Shown one piece after another: positions 18,676 through 27,142 of a stretch of 55,203 bases of DNA. The notes beneath the pieces are model-generated. The model ran no database searches. It saw nothing but the letters and a program-made list of their open reading frames with translations, and was not told the origin of the DNA. Position 1 is the stretch's first letter. Each line of letters opens with the position of its first letter. Made by a program: the position numbers and the translations under genes. Origin of the DNA: Candidatus Rifleibacteriota bacterium (GTDB lineage: Bacteria > Muiribacteriota > Ozemobacteria > Ozemobacterales > Ozemobacteraceae); assembly GCA_905236865.1 (NCBI GenBank), contig CAJOQX010000150.1, positions 1 through 55,203 of the forward strand, in the 5' to 3' direction.

Positions 18676-20018
18676 AGATGTTTGGCTACTTCATTTGCTA
18701 TTTTTTCTACTAGTTTTCGTATTTCTCCTTCATCTGGACCTTCAGCCATAACTCTAATCAGATTTTCTGTTCCTGAAGGTCTAACCAATATGCGACCTCT
18801 ACCAGCAAGAACAGATTCTGATTCTTTTATACAGTTAGTAATTTCTGGAACAGAAGCATAATCTTTATTTTTAACTTTTATATTAACCAATACCTGTGGA
18901 AGTTTATACATTATAGAACTTAATTCTTTTAAACTCTGACCTGTTTCACGCATTATTCTTAGTAAGTTACAGGCTGTGAGCAATCCATCGCCAGTAGTTG
19001 AGAATTCTGTAAGAATAATGTGACCGCTCTGTTCACCGCCAACTACGAAGCCACCTTTTAGCATTTCTTCTAATACAAATCTGTCGCCAACTTTGGTTTT
19101 GAGAAGTTTTATATCGTGCTTTCTCATTGCCAAATCTAGCCCAAGATTAGCCATAACGGTTGTAACTAAAGTATTACCTGGGAGTTTTCCTTTATCTTTC
19201 AAATATTTTGCTGTCAGAGCTAATATGAAATCACCGTCTACGACATCGCCTTCAGAAGATACGGCTATTAATCTATCTGCATCACCGTCAAAAGCGAATC
19301 CGATGTCGAAGCGTTCTTTCTTCATCATTGAAACTAATGAATTAATGCAAGTTGAACCAACACCTTTGTTTATGTTGATTCCATCAGGATTAACTCCTAT
19401 AGCGTCAACAGAATAACCTAAATCTGCAAAGAACTTAGGAGCCCAATTAGAAAGAGCACCATTAGCACAGTCTAGAGCTATTTTCATTCTTCTAGGTGAT
19501 GTGTTTTCGCCAGCGACTTTTGCCAAATGTGTCAGCCAGAATTTAACAGAAGAGGAATCTATGTTTATTGTGCCAACTTCTGCTCCAGTCGGCATTTCTG
19601 TCTTGACATTTCCTATGAGGTCTTTTTCTATTGCTTCTTCGATATTGTCGCTAATCTTATAGCCATCTGGACCAAAAACCTTTATGCCGTTATCTTGAAA
19701 TGGGTTATGGGAAGCACTAATCATAATTGCTCCCATGCCTTGAAGCTCTTTTGTAATAAAAGCTAATGCTGGTGTGGGAATTACACCTAGAAGTCTTACT
19801 TCAGCTCCCATAGAGGCGGCTCCTGCTGCTACAGCGTGTTCTAACAAATCACCAGAACGCCTAGTATCTTTGGCAACAAAAAAAGGACGACCTTGTTTTT
19901 TGTGATTAGCAAGCAAATGCTTTGCTGCAAGTTGAGCTATTCTATAAGCAGTGTTTCCATCTAAAGGGAAACGGTTAGCAAGACCACGAACGCCATCAGT
20001 TCCAAAAAAGCGACCCAT
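18669..20018 (-). CDS. glmM: Phosphoglucosamine mutase
   Basis: MGRFFGTDGVRG, the active-site loop SASHNPFQDNGIK, FDGDADR and GGEQSGH motifs. AGGAGAG RBS upstream. Confidence 0.92.
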   Translation of the reverse strand: MGRFFGTDGVRGLANRFPLDGNTAYRIAQLAAKHLLANHKKQGRPFFVAKDTRRSGDLLEHAVAAGAASMGAEVRLLGVIPTPALAFITKELQGMGAIMISASHNPFQDNGIKVFGPDGYKISDNIEEAIEKDLIGNVKTEMPTGAEVGTINIDSSSVKFWLTHLAKVAGENTSPRRMKIALDCANGALSNWAPKFFADLGYSVDAIGVNPDGININKGVGSTCINSLVSMMKKERFDIGFAFDGDADRLIAVSSEGDVVDGDFILALTAKYLKDKGKLPGNTLVTTVMANLGLDLAMRKHDIKLLKTKVGDRFVLEEMLKGGFVVGGEQSGHIILTEFSTTGDGLLTACNLLRIMRETGQSLKELSSIMYKLPQVLVNIKVKNKDYASVPEITNCIKESESVLAGRGRILVRPSGTENLIRVMAEGPDEGEIRKLVEKIANEVAKHLC

Positions 20019-20116
20019 TGGGTTGAACTCTCCTAATTTTTAAACTATATATGAAAATTATAACATAAATAATTAATAAAAGCGAATTTAACAGTTTTAG
20101 GATTTTTTTATTCTAT

Positions 20117-20149
20117 AAAAAAAGCGTCCTACTTATGCGAAAGGACGCT
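20117..20149 (-). terminator. Rho-independent terminator downstream of trpB
   Basis: Stem gcgtcct (20124-20130) pairs with aggacgc (20142-20148). On the minus strand it is followed by a T7 run (plus-strand A-run 20117-20123). Confidence 0.75.
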
Positions 20150-20194
20150 CATATTGAAAACAACAAAAACCAATTACAAAAACTTAATAAATAT

Positions 20195-21457
20195 TTACCT
20201 TTTCTTTATATATTCATCGTATCTTTTATGCATATCTTCAATTGTGTATCCGAAATTTGAAGTGATGAAGTCTATATCTTTGTCGCCACGACCGCTCAGA
20301 TTTACAAGAATAGATTGATATTTCTTAGTTTCTGCTAGTTTCATTGCATAAGCAACAGCATGAGAACTTTCTAATGCTGGTATGATACCTTCTACTTTAC
20401 TCAAAGTGTAGAAAGCTTCTAAACATTCTATATCGTTTACTGTGACATAATGAACTCTGCCATTATCTTTAAGATAGCAATGTTCTGGTCCTACACCAGG
20501 ATAATCAAGACCACTAGCTATTGAATAAACAGGAGCAGGTTCTCCTTTTTCGTCTTGAAGTAAATAACACTTAAATCCATGAATAATACCAGGTGTTCCA
20601 TAGGTTAGAGTAGCACTGTGACCACCAATATTTAGAGATTTTCCAGAAGGTTCAACACCGTATATTTCTGTTTCATCATCTAAGAAACCTGTAAAAATAC
20701 CGATAGAATTGCTTCCGCCACCAACGCAGGCAACTAGATTGTCGGGTAATTCTCCTGTCATTTCATAGAACTGTTCCCTAGCTTCTACGCCAACCACGTG
20801 TTGAAAATCTCTAACAAGCATTGGGTATGGGTGAGGACCGACTACAGAACCTATACAATACAAACTATTTATTGGGTCTTTCAAATAAGATTCAAAAGCA
20901 GAATCGACAGCTTCTTTCAAGGTTCTAAGTCCATCTTTAACAGCTATAACATTAGCACCGAGAAGCTTCATTCTAATAACATTAGGCATTTGTTTTTCAA
21001 TATCGACTTCGCCCATGTGTATTTCACATTCCAAACCGAAATAAGCAGCGGCAGTAGCTGTAGCAACTCCATGCTGACCTGCACCAGTTTCAGCAATGAT
21101 TTTCTTTTTGCCCATATATTTAGCTAATAAAGCTTCACCCATGCAGTGATTGAGTTTGTGTGCACCTGTATGATTTAGGTCTTCTCTTTTTAGATAGATT
21201 CTTGCTCCACCAACCATATTTGAAAGGCGTTCAGCAAAATAAACAGGTGTAGGACGACCTTGGAAATGCTTTCTTATAGAACGTAATTCAGTAATAAACT
21301 TATGAGATTTAGAAATAGTCAAATAAGCGTGAGTTATTTCTTTGAACTGTTCTTCTAATTCTTTTGGTAAGTTGTAAAATCCTCCGTAAGGACCGAAATG
21401 ACCTGTTTGGTCAGGAAGATTTCTGTAATGTTTGTATTCCATTGAGTTAGACTCCAA
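20195..21457 (-). CDS. trpB: Tryptophan synthase beta chain (TrpB1-like)
   Basis: [17 protein letters not shown] (PLP lysine), [21 protein letters not shown] and NLSGRGDKD motifs are collinear with canonical TrpB. No trpA is adjacent. Confidence 0.9.
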   Translation of the reverse strand: MESNSMEYKHYRNLPDQTGHFGPYGGFYNLPKELEEQFKEITHAYLTISKSHKFITELRSIRKHFQGRPTPVYFAERLSNMVGGARIYLKREDLNHTGAHKLNHCMGEALLAKYMGKKKIIAETGAGQHGVATATAAAYFGLECEIHMGEVDIEKQMPNVIRMKLLGANVIAVKDGLRTLKEAVDSAFESYLKDPINSLYCIGSVVGPHPYPMLVRDFQHVVGVEAREQFYEMTGELPDNLVACVGGGSNSIGIFTGFLDDETEIYGVEPSGKSLNIGGHSATLTYGTPGIIHGFKCYLLQDEKGEPAPVYSIASGLDYPGVGPEHCYLKDNGRVHYVTVNDIECLEAFYTLSKVEGIIPALESSHAVAYAMKLAETKKYQSILVNLSGRGDKDIDFITSNFGYTIEDMHKRYDEYIKKR

Positions 21458-21520
21458 TTATTTTAGAATGGCGTATTTTACAAAATCTTGTTGCTATTTG
21501 TAAAGCAAATAAAGATTTCT

Positions 21521-22507
21521 TTACAAATCAGCTGTTACATACACTAAATTGTGTTCGTGTCTTGCTTCATTTTCCATCAGTAATCTAGAATTTGCAATTG
21601 CTTGTCCAACTTGATCTGCAACACTACGAACAAGATTTATCTGTCTTAAATTATAAGCATTTTCTTTATTGCTGATTAAAACAATAATTCCAGAAACTTT
21701 ATTAACAATATTATTATGAGTAAAATCTTTTATTTGTTCAAAAAGAGGTGTATACATTGTGCTAGGCACATTAAAACCAAGTTCATCTGTTAATACAAAA
21801 TCAGAAGCGGTTTCTTTTGTTAATGAAGTTTCGAGTTTGAGCCAATAATTAGCTAACGATGAATCTTTATGTAGAGTGGTTACAGGTGGAAATACAGGCA
21901 AAGCCACATTACATTCAAAACATTCAACAACATCGTTCCACATCATTACAAAACCAGCAGTAGACTTTGTAACTTTTATAAGCCTGTCAAGAACTTGAGT
22001 GACAATATCGTTGTAATGTGTGTTATTACCTATAATTCTTCCAGTTTCATAAAGGGTTACAACTTCTTCACTTGAAGCTCTAAGCCTATCAGATAAAACA
22101 TTTATTAAAGCAGCTACAATTTTTGAAGCTATTCTTGGGCTAGAGGACATAAGATTTATAAAACTATCATGTTCAACTTTTAAAAGTTTTCCATCGGCAT
22201 TTCTTAAAACAGCTGCTGCAGAACGTGGCTCTCCTGTAAGCAAAGCCATTTCACCAAAGTAGCTTCCTGCTGGAAGAACAGATAAAAGTTTATAAGTCTT
22301 GGTTTCAACATCAATTAATTTTTGTATTTCGACTTCACCCTCTAAGATTAAATATAAAGAATCTCCTGCATCGCCTTCTTCAAATATTCTAAAATTACTT
22401 TGTTGCGGTTCTAAAAGTTTGAATATAGGAAGACTTTTAGCAATATCTTCCTCGTTTAAGTTTGCAAATAAAGATAAATTTTTAACCATTTCAACAGTAA
22501 TCTGCAT
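21521..22507 (-). CDS. Cyclic-nucleotide-binding domain protein with a C-terminal GAF-like domain
   Basis: The N-terminal CNB fold has GDAGDSLYLILEGEVEI and the phosphate-binding cassette FGEMALLTGEPRSAAAV. The C-terminal roughly 170 aa look GAF-like (...GIIVLISNKENAYNLRQINLVRSVADQVGQAIANSRL). GGAG RBS. The start lies 14 nt after the pilT stop. Confidence 0.75.
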   Translation of the reverse strand: MQITVEMVKNLSLFANLNEEDIAKSLPIFKLLEPQQSNFRIFEEGDAGDSLYLILEGEVEIQKLIDVETKTYKLLSVLPAGSYFGEMALLTGEPRSAAAVLRNADGKLLKVEHDSFINLMSSSPRIASKIVAALINVLSDRLRASSEEVVTLYETGRIIGNNTHYNDIVTQVLDRLIKVTKSTAGFVMMWNDVVECFECNVALPVFPPVTTLHKDSSLANYWLKLETSLTKETASDFVLTDELGFNVPSTMYTPLFEQIKDFTHNNIVNKVSGIIVLISNKENAYNLRQINLVRSVADQVGQAIANSRLLMENEARHEHNLVYVTADL

Positions 22508-22521
22508 AACTTAACTCCAAA

Positions 22522-23712
22522 TTACTTAATTCCAAAGGGTGATGGACCTGCAAAAGGAGAAGGACCGTTGAAAGAAGGATTTGGTGCAGAGCCATAAGGA
22601 GAAGGAACATTACGAGGAGCTGGTGATTGAGAGGCATTTCCATAAGAATTATTTCCAAGGTTTGCTTGTTGCTGTGGTGAAGGAGCACCTGAACGAGATC
22701 TTGTTTGGAACACTTCTTGGGATATGATTCCTTCGTTGAATAGTTTTTGTAAGGACTGATCCATTGTTACCATTCCCAAAGAATTGCCAGTTTGTATTGC
22801 AGTAGGAATTTGGAAAACTTTTCCTTCACGAATCAAATTAGAAATAGCTGCATTTACTACCATTATTTCTCTAGCAGCAACTCTACCAGACCCATCTTGT
22901 CTAGGTAATAGAACTTGTGAAATAACACCTTTCAAAGTGGTAGAAAGCTGTGCTCTAATTTGCTGTTGTTGATATGGTGGGAAAACGTCTATAATACGGT
23001 CGATTGTTTTTGAGGCAGATTGTGTGTGTAAAGTTGCAAAAACTAAGTGACCAGTTTCAGCTATGGTTATTGCGGCAGCGATTGTTTCTAGGTCACGCAT
23101 TTCGCCAATCAGAATAACATCTGGGCACTGACGCAAAACATATTTTAAAGCTGCTGTATAGCTTTCGGTATCTTTTCCTACTTCTCTTTGTTCTATTACA
23201 GACTTTTTATGAATGTGGACAAATTCGATAGGGTCTTCTACTGTGATTATATGGCAGGCTCTATTGGTGTTTATGTAATTAATCATAGCAGCAAGGGTTG
23301 TTGATTTACCGCTTCCTGTCGGACCTGTCACGCAGATTAAACCACTTGGCAGACTACAAAAATTAGATGTTACAGGTGGAAGCATCAAAGATTCAAAAGT
23401 TGGAATTTTGCTCATAATAGGTCTTAGAGCTGCACCAATTTTTCCCATCTGTTTAAATACATTAACACGAAACCTTCCTGAATCTGGAAATTCTATTGCC
23501 AAATCAAGTTCTGAATGTGTTTCAAATTCTATTTTTTGCTCTTCGTTTATAACGGAATAAATTAAAGATTGTAAATCATCGTCGTTTAAAGGGGTTGTTC
23601 CATCTGGTTCGAGACTTCCGTTTATACGTAGCATTGGAGGTCTGTCTGCTGTCAGAATAATATCTGATGTATTCTTTTTCATAGCCGAAGCTAGAATTTC
23701 TCTAAGATTCAT
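22522..23712 (-). CDS. pilT: Type IV pilus retraction ATPase PilT with a P/S/G-rich C-terminal tail of about 55 aa
   Basis: Walker A GPTGSGKSTT, Walker B/Asp box ILIGEMRD, His box ATLHT, and AIRNLIREGK-like AISNLIREGK. The tail is GAPSPQQQANLGNNSYGNASQSPAPRNVPSPYGSAPNPSFNGPSPFAGPSPFGIK. Confidence 0.9.
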   Translation of the reverse strand: MNLREILASAMKKNTSDIILTADRPPMLRINGSLEPDGTTPLNDDDLQSLIYSVINEEQKIEFETHSELDLAIEFPDSGRFRVNVFKQMGKIGAALRPIMSKIPTFESLMLPPVTSNFCSLPSGLICVTGPTGSGKSTTLAAMINYINTNRACHIITVEDPIEFVHIHKKSVIEQREVGKDTESYTAALKYVLRQCPDVILIGEMRDLETIAAAITIAETGHLVFATLHTQSASKTIDRIIDVFPPYQQQQIRAQLSTTLKGVISQVLLPRQDGSGRVAAREIMVVNAAISNLIREGKVFQIPTAIQTGNSLGMVTMDQSLQKLFNEGIISQEVFQTRSRSGAPSPQQQANLGNNSYGNASQSPAPRNVPSPYGSAPNPSFNGPSPFAGPSPFGIK

Positions 23713-23806
23713 TTTGATTTCTCTACTTATTTTTTACTATTAAAGTTAGCCTTTGTTTGGCTTTTGCTAATAATATACTAATTGCCTCTAAATAACAATC
23801 ATAAAT

Positions 23807-23841
23807 AAAGAACGTAGAAAACAAAGTTTTCTGCGTTCTTT
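23807..23841 (-). terminator. Strong hairpin / terminator downstream of hicB
   Basis: 16-bp stem 23807-23822 / 23826-23841 (aaagaacgtagaaaac / gttttctgcgttcttt, one G-U pair) with a 3-nt loop and T-rich flanks. Confidence 0.6.
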
Positions 23842-23872
23842 ATTTAAATTATATTTGTGCTAAGTAGATTTA

Positions 23873-24295
23873 TTACACGAGGCTTATTACTAGTCGCCTG
23901 CCTAGAGCGTTAGCAGCTTTTTCTAACTGACGCAGACTGGGGTAGTGTTTGGGGTTAGTCAGTTTATCAGCGACAGGCCAGGTTACTCCCATGACTCTTG
24001 CTAAATCTGCTGTGCTCATACGTGTTGCATCTTTTGCGTTACGAATAGATAATGCGGCTTGAATATTGGCGGAAGGCATAACTTTGTATTTTGTGTCTAT
24101 GTCTGACGGTTCTGGTATTGGTTCGTTATTTTCGAGTCTCATTTCTAAAACAGCAGAGAGAACTTCACTTGCATTATGAACACATTCGTCTATTGTTTCA
24201 CCATAAGTATAAGCCTCTTCTAGATCAATAAATTGTACTATATAGCCGTGTTCGTCACCTTTTTCTAAGGTAAAAGGGTAATAAGTCTGTTTCAT
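23873..24295 (-). CDS. hicB: HicB-family antitoxin with a C-terminal HTH
   Basis: 140 aa. The N-terminal HicB fold reads YPFTLEKGDEHGYIVQFIDLEEAYTYGETIDEC. The C-terminal HTH-like segment reads MSTADLARVMGVTWPVADKL. The gene overlaps hicA by 4 nt (ATGA). Confidence 0.75.
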   Translation of the reverse strand: MKQTYYPFTLEKGDEHGYIVQFIDLEEAYTYGETIDECVHNASEVLSAVLEMRLENNEPIPEPSDIDTKYKVMPSANIQAALSIRNAKDATRMSTADLARVMGVTWPVADKLTNPKHYPSLRQLEKAANALGRRLVISLV

Positions 24296-24480
24296 AATAG
24301 CTTTTCTCCTGACTGTTTTTCGATGATTCTTATAAATTTAGGATCTAAATCGATATTTCCATGATAAGGAATAGGAATAGTTCTGTATCCTTGTTTTGTC
24401 ATCATGTGGTGACTACCTCTGATACGGTCTAATTTCCAACCCTTTTGTTCTAGCAATTTAATAAGTTCTTTTACTTTCAT
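24292..24480 (-). CDS. hicA: HicA-family mRNA interferase toxin
   Basis: 62 aa: MKVKELIKLLEQKGWKLDRIRGSHHMM...IPYHG, the typical HicA/YcfA pattern. Confidence 0.8.
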   Translation of the reverse strand: MKVKELIKLLEQKGWKLDRIRGSHHMMTKQGYRTIPIPYHGNIDLDPKFIRIIEKQSGEKLL

Positions 24481-24550
24481 AATTAAATTATATCATAAAA
24501 AGTAATATAATCAAACTTTTTTGTAATATAAGCAGGGCAAAATTGGCTAA

Positions 24551-24580
24551 AACAAAAACTCCCATCGTAAAGATGGGAGT
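24551..24580 (-). terminator. Rho-independent terminator downstream of the major pilin gene
   Basis: Stem actcccatc (24558-24566) pairs with gatgggagt (24572-24580). On the minus strand it is followed by TTTTTGTTTT. Confidence 0.75.
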
Positions 24581-24630
24581 CTTAGGTTTCTATCTAATAA
24601 AAGTTAGAAATATTTGAAATTAAATTAAAT

Positions 24631-25113
24631 TTAGTTACCAGAAATATTCTGACAATGGTTTACTAAATCTGTGAAAGACATATTTGCTGTAATAGGCTTA
24701 CATTTAGCACTATCATTAACAGCAGGAGTTTTATCAGTTTCATTATTTTCATAACCAACATATACTTGATTATCTGTTTCATTAATAAATGGAATTAGAT
24801 ATCCAACAAGATATTCTTGAGTATGTCCAGCAATTTGCAAATTGAATGCTCTTGTAGCGGCAGGTGCATAAGTATCTATACTATTAGTTAATTTTTCAGA
24901 ATTTACAGTATTACCTTTTGAAACTTCGATAGAGATATATATATTAGCACCAGACAAAGCGTTCTGATAAGCAGAAAGGAAAGAAGCTTTCTTAGCTTCT
25001 TGAAGAGCTTCTTGTGAACCATTGAAGAAAGTTGGAGCTGCTGCTGCGGCTACGATTGCGAGAACTGCAACAACAAGTAAAAGTTCCATTAATGTAAAAC
25101 CTTTTTTATTCAT
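24631..25113 (-). CDS. pilA: Type IV pilin (probable major pilin)
   Basis: MNKKGFTLMELLLVVAVLAIVAAAAAP has a canonical class III signal, G/F cleavage site and Glu+5. The gene is 160 aa and monocistronic, with its own strong terminator. A C-terminal Cys pair (C...C) is present. Confidence 0.8.
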   Translation of the reverse strand: MNKKGFTLMELLLVVAVLAIVAAAAAPTFFNGSQEALQEAKKASFLSAYQNALSGANIYISIEVSKGNTVNSEKLTNSIDTYAPAATRAFNLQIAGHTQEYLVGYLIPFINETDNQVYVGYENNETDKTPAVNDSAKCKPITANMSFTDLVNHCQNISGN

Positions 25114-25306
25114 TGTGTCTATCCTTTGTGTTTAAAATATTGTATGTAAAACTTAATGTACACGTTTATATCATTTTATCTGCTAAGAGTCAAGAAAAAA
25201 ACTAAATAAATATGTAATAAATATGTAAAATGTATCAACAAAAAGTTTACTCAAAATAAAATAGAGAATATAATAAAAAGAAACATAGAAATTTAGGTTT
25301 TATAAA

Positions 25307-25999
25307 ATGAATTATGAAGAATTGCGTTCAAATGAGCAATTTTTAACTTTTGAAAATGCGAAAAAAGCTTTTGATAAATATAAAATCGAGTTCAGCGATG
25401 AAAAATATCTCAATCTTGGATTAATTTTTCCAAAAGATAAAATATATACAAACTTAGCTTTATTAATTTCAGACCAATGCAAACATAGTATCAAAGTAGC
25501 TGTATTTGGAGATATAGAGAAAACGAAATTTAAAGATACAAGAGAATTTGAAGGTTCAATTTTTAATCAATTAGAAGAAACTTTTAATTATTTAGAATTT
25601 TGTAATAATACTTCTGCTACTTTTAATGGCTTAGAACGTATAGAAAAGAAAGATTATCCAGTAGAAGCAATCAGAGAATCCTTGCTTAATGCTATTATTC
25701 ATCGTGATTATAGTTATAGTGGTAGCATAATTATTAATTTAACAGAAAAAGAAATAGAATTTATCTCAATTGGTGGATTGTTACCGAATCTAACTTCTGA
25801 TGATATACGTAGTGGTATATCACAACCAAGAAATAAAAAGCTAGCAGAGATATTTCACCGTTTACATTTGGTTGAAGCTTACGGTACAGGTATCCGCAAA
25901 ATATTTGAATTGTATAAAAATAATAGGAGTCAACCAAATATACAATTGACTCCTAATACTTTTAAAATTATTTTGCCTAATATGAATTATTCTGATTGA
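25307..25999 (+). CDS. HATPase_c_4-type (RecG-like / AlbA_2-associated) domain protein, apparently lacking the usual N-terminal AlbA_2 and C-terminal HTH parts
   Basis: 230 aa. EAIRESLLNAIIHRDYSYSGSIIINLTEKEIEFISIGGLLPNLTSDDIRSGISQPRNKKLAEIFHRLHLVEAYGTGIRKI matches the conserved core of the 'putative ATP-dependent DNA helicase RecG C-terminal' family. Full-length relatives run to about 400-500 aa. Confidence 0.6.
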   Translation: MNYEELRSNEQFLTFENAKKAFDKYKIEFSDEKYLNLGLIFPKDKIYTNLALLISDQCKHSIKVAVFGDIEKTKFKDTREFEGSIFNQLEETFNYLEFCNNTSATFNGLERIEKKDYPVEAIRESLLNAIIHRDYSYSGSIIINLTEKEIEFISIGGLLPNLTSDDIRSGISQPRNKKLAEIFHRLHLVEAYGTGIRKIFELYKNNRSQPNIQLTPNTFKIILPNMNYSD

Positions 26000-26015
26000 A
26001 TGCTGGATATAAAAA

Positions 26016-27011
26016 TCAGATAATGTACTCGATACCTTCGATTTTAACCTGTGATTGAGCACCAATTCTTTTTATAATATTAGAAGCGAGGAAATTACCT
26101 ATTTTTAAACAGATATTTAACGGAAGCTTTTTGTGCAACCCATAGAAGAAACCAGCTTGGAAGTTATCTCCAGCACCGTTAGTATCTTTTACATGATCGA
26201 CTTTATAAGCGTCAACGTGTATGCTTCCTTCTGGAGTATAAGCAATAGAGCCTTCTGAACCCAACTTAACAACTACAAGTTTGGAATACTGCAACAAATC
26301 TTCAAATTTTCTGTTGCCACATAAGGCTTCTGCTTCATTTTCATTAGCAAAAAGAATATCTATTTTTTCATCAAAAAGTTTATCTTTTAGTTGGTCTCTA
26401 GCTTCTAGAATTACACCACTATCGCCTAAATCGAAAGAAATCTTAGTATCAGATTTTCTTGCTATTTCTATAGCATATCTTGTAGCTTCGTTAATTGGGT
26501 TGTTCCCACGAAATTCATAAGCGGAAAAATGCAAATATTCTGAATCTCTAATCAAGCTATGTAAAATTTCATAGGGGTAAAGCTGTTTTGTTATGCCAAA
26601 ATCAAGCCCAAAGCTTCTTTCTCCGTCTGTGCCGATGAAAGTGAAACATCTGCCAGAATCGCCTTTTTTTATGGAGATATATGTATCAATATTGTTTTCA
26701 CGAAGATTATTAATGTAGTCATAGCCGTAATCGTCGTTTCCAACACAGCCAAGGAAAGCGCACTTTAAACCTAGATTACTAGCTCCGTAAATAACATTTG
26801 TTGGAGAACCGCCAGGACTGATGACCATTTTGTCTTTATCTAGAACAGAACGGAATTTTTCAATCATTGCGTCATCAATAACTATGCTCTGGCCTTTCTT
26901 TAAACCAAGCTTTTTGATTGATTCATCGTCTAGTTCAACGATTATATCTGTTAGTGCGTCTGATATTGCGGTGACTTGATATTTTTTTTCTCGACTCATG
27001 GTTATCTCCAT
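26016..27011 (-). CDS. PfkB-family carbohydrate/nucleoside kinase (adenosine-kinase-like)
   Basis: 331 aa with the N-terminal GGSPTN motif and C-terminal DTNGAGDNFQAGFFYGL (PfkB signature 2). Confidence 0.8.
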   Translation of the reverse strand: MEITMSREKKYQVTAISDALTDIIVELDDESIKKLGLKKGQSIVIDDAMIEKFRSVLDKDKMVISPGGSPTNVIYGASNLGLKCAFLGCVGNDDYGYDYINNLRENNIDTYISIKKGDSGRCFTFIGTDGERSFGLDFGITKQLYPYEILHSLIRDSEYLHFSAYEFRGNNPINEATRYAIEIARKSDTKISFDLGDSGVILEARDQLKDKLFDEKIDILFANENEAEALCGNRKFEDLLQYSKLVVVKLGSEGSIAYTPEGSIHVDAYKVDHVKDTNGAGDNFQAGFFYGLHKKLPLNICLKIGNFLASNIIKRIGAQSQVKIEGIEYII

Positions 27012-27061
27012 AAAATAATTATTTTAAAGCAAAAACATATTTTCGATATTTAGTAATCGAA

Positions 27062-27108
27062 GAAATAAAAAACAAAAATTTCTCCAATAATATTGTTGGA
27101 GAAATTTT
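27062..27108 (-). terminator. Rho-independent terminator for the pepT operon
   Basis: 13-bp stem aaaatttctccaa (27075-27087) pairs with ttggagaaatttt (27096-27108). On the minus strand it is followed by TGTTTTTTATTTCT. Confidence 0.6.
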
Positions 27109-27142
27109 AATTATAATGATTTTTCCTACTCTCCGCAAGAGT

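Noticed and set aside
22491-22688. 65-aa minus-strand ORF in an alternative frame over the pilT tail
   Set aside because: It lies entirely inside pilT and the pilT/CNB junction on the same strand but out of frame. Its Leu/His-rich composition is a by-product of the P/S/G-rich coding frame.
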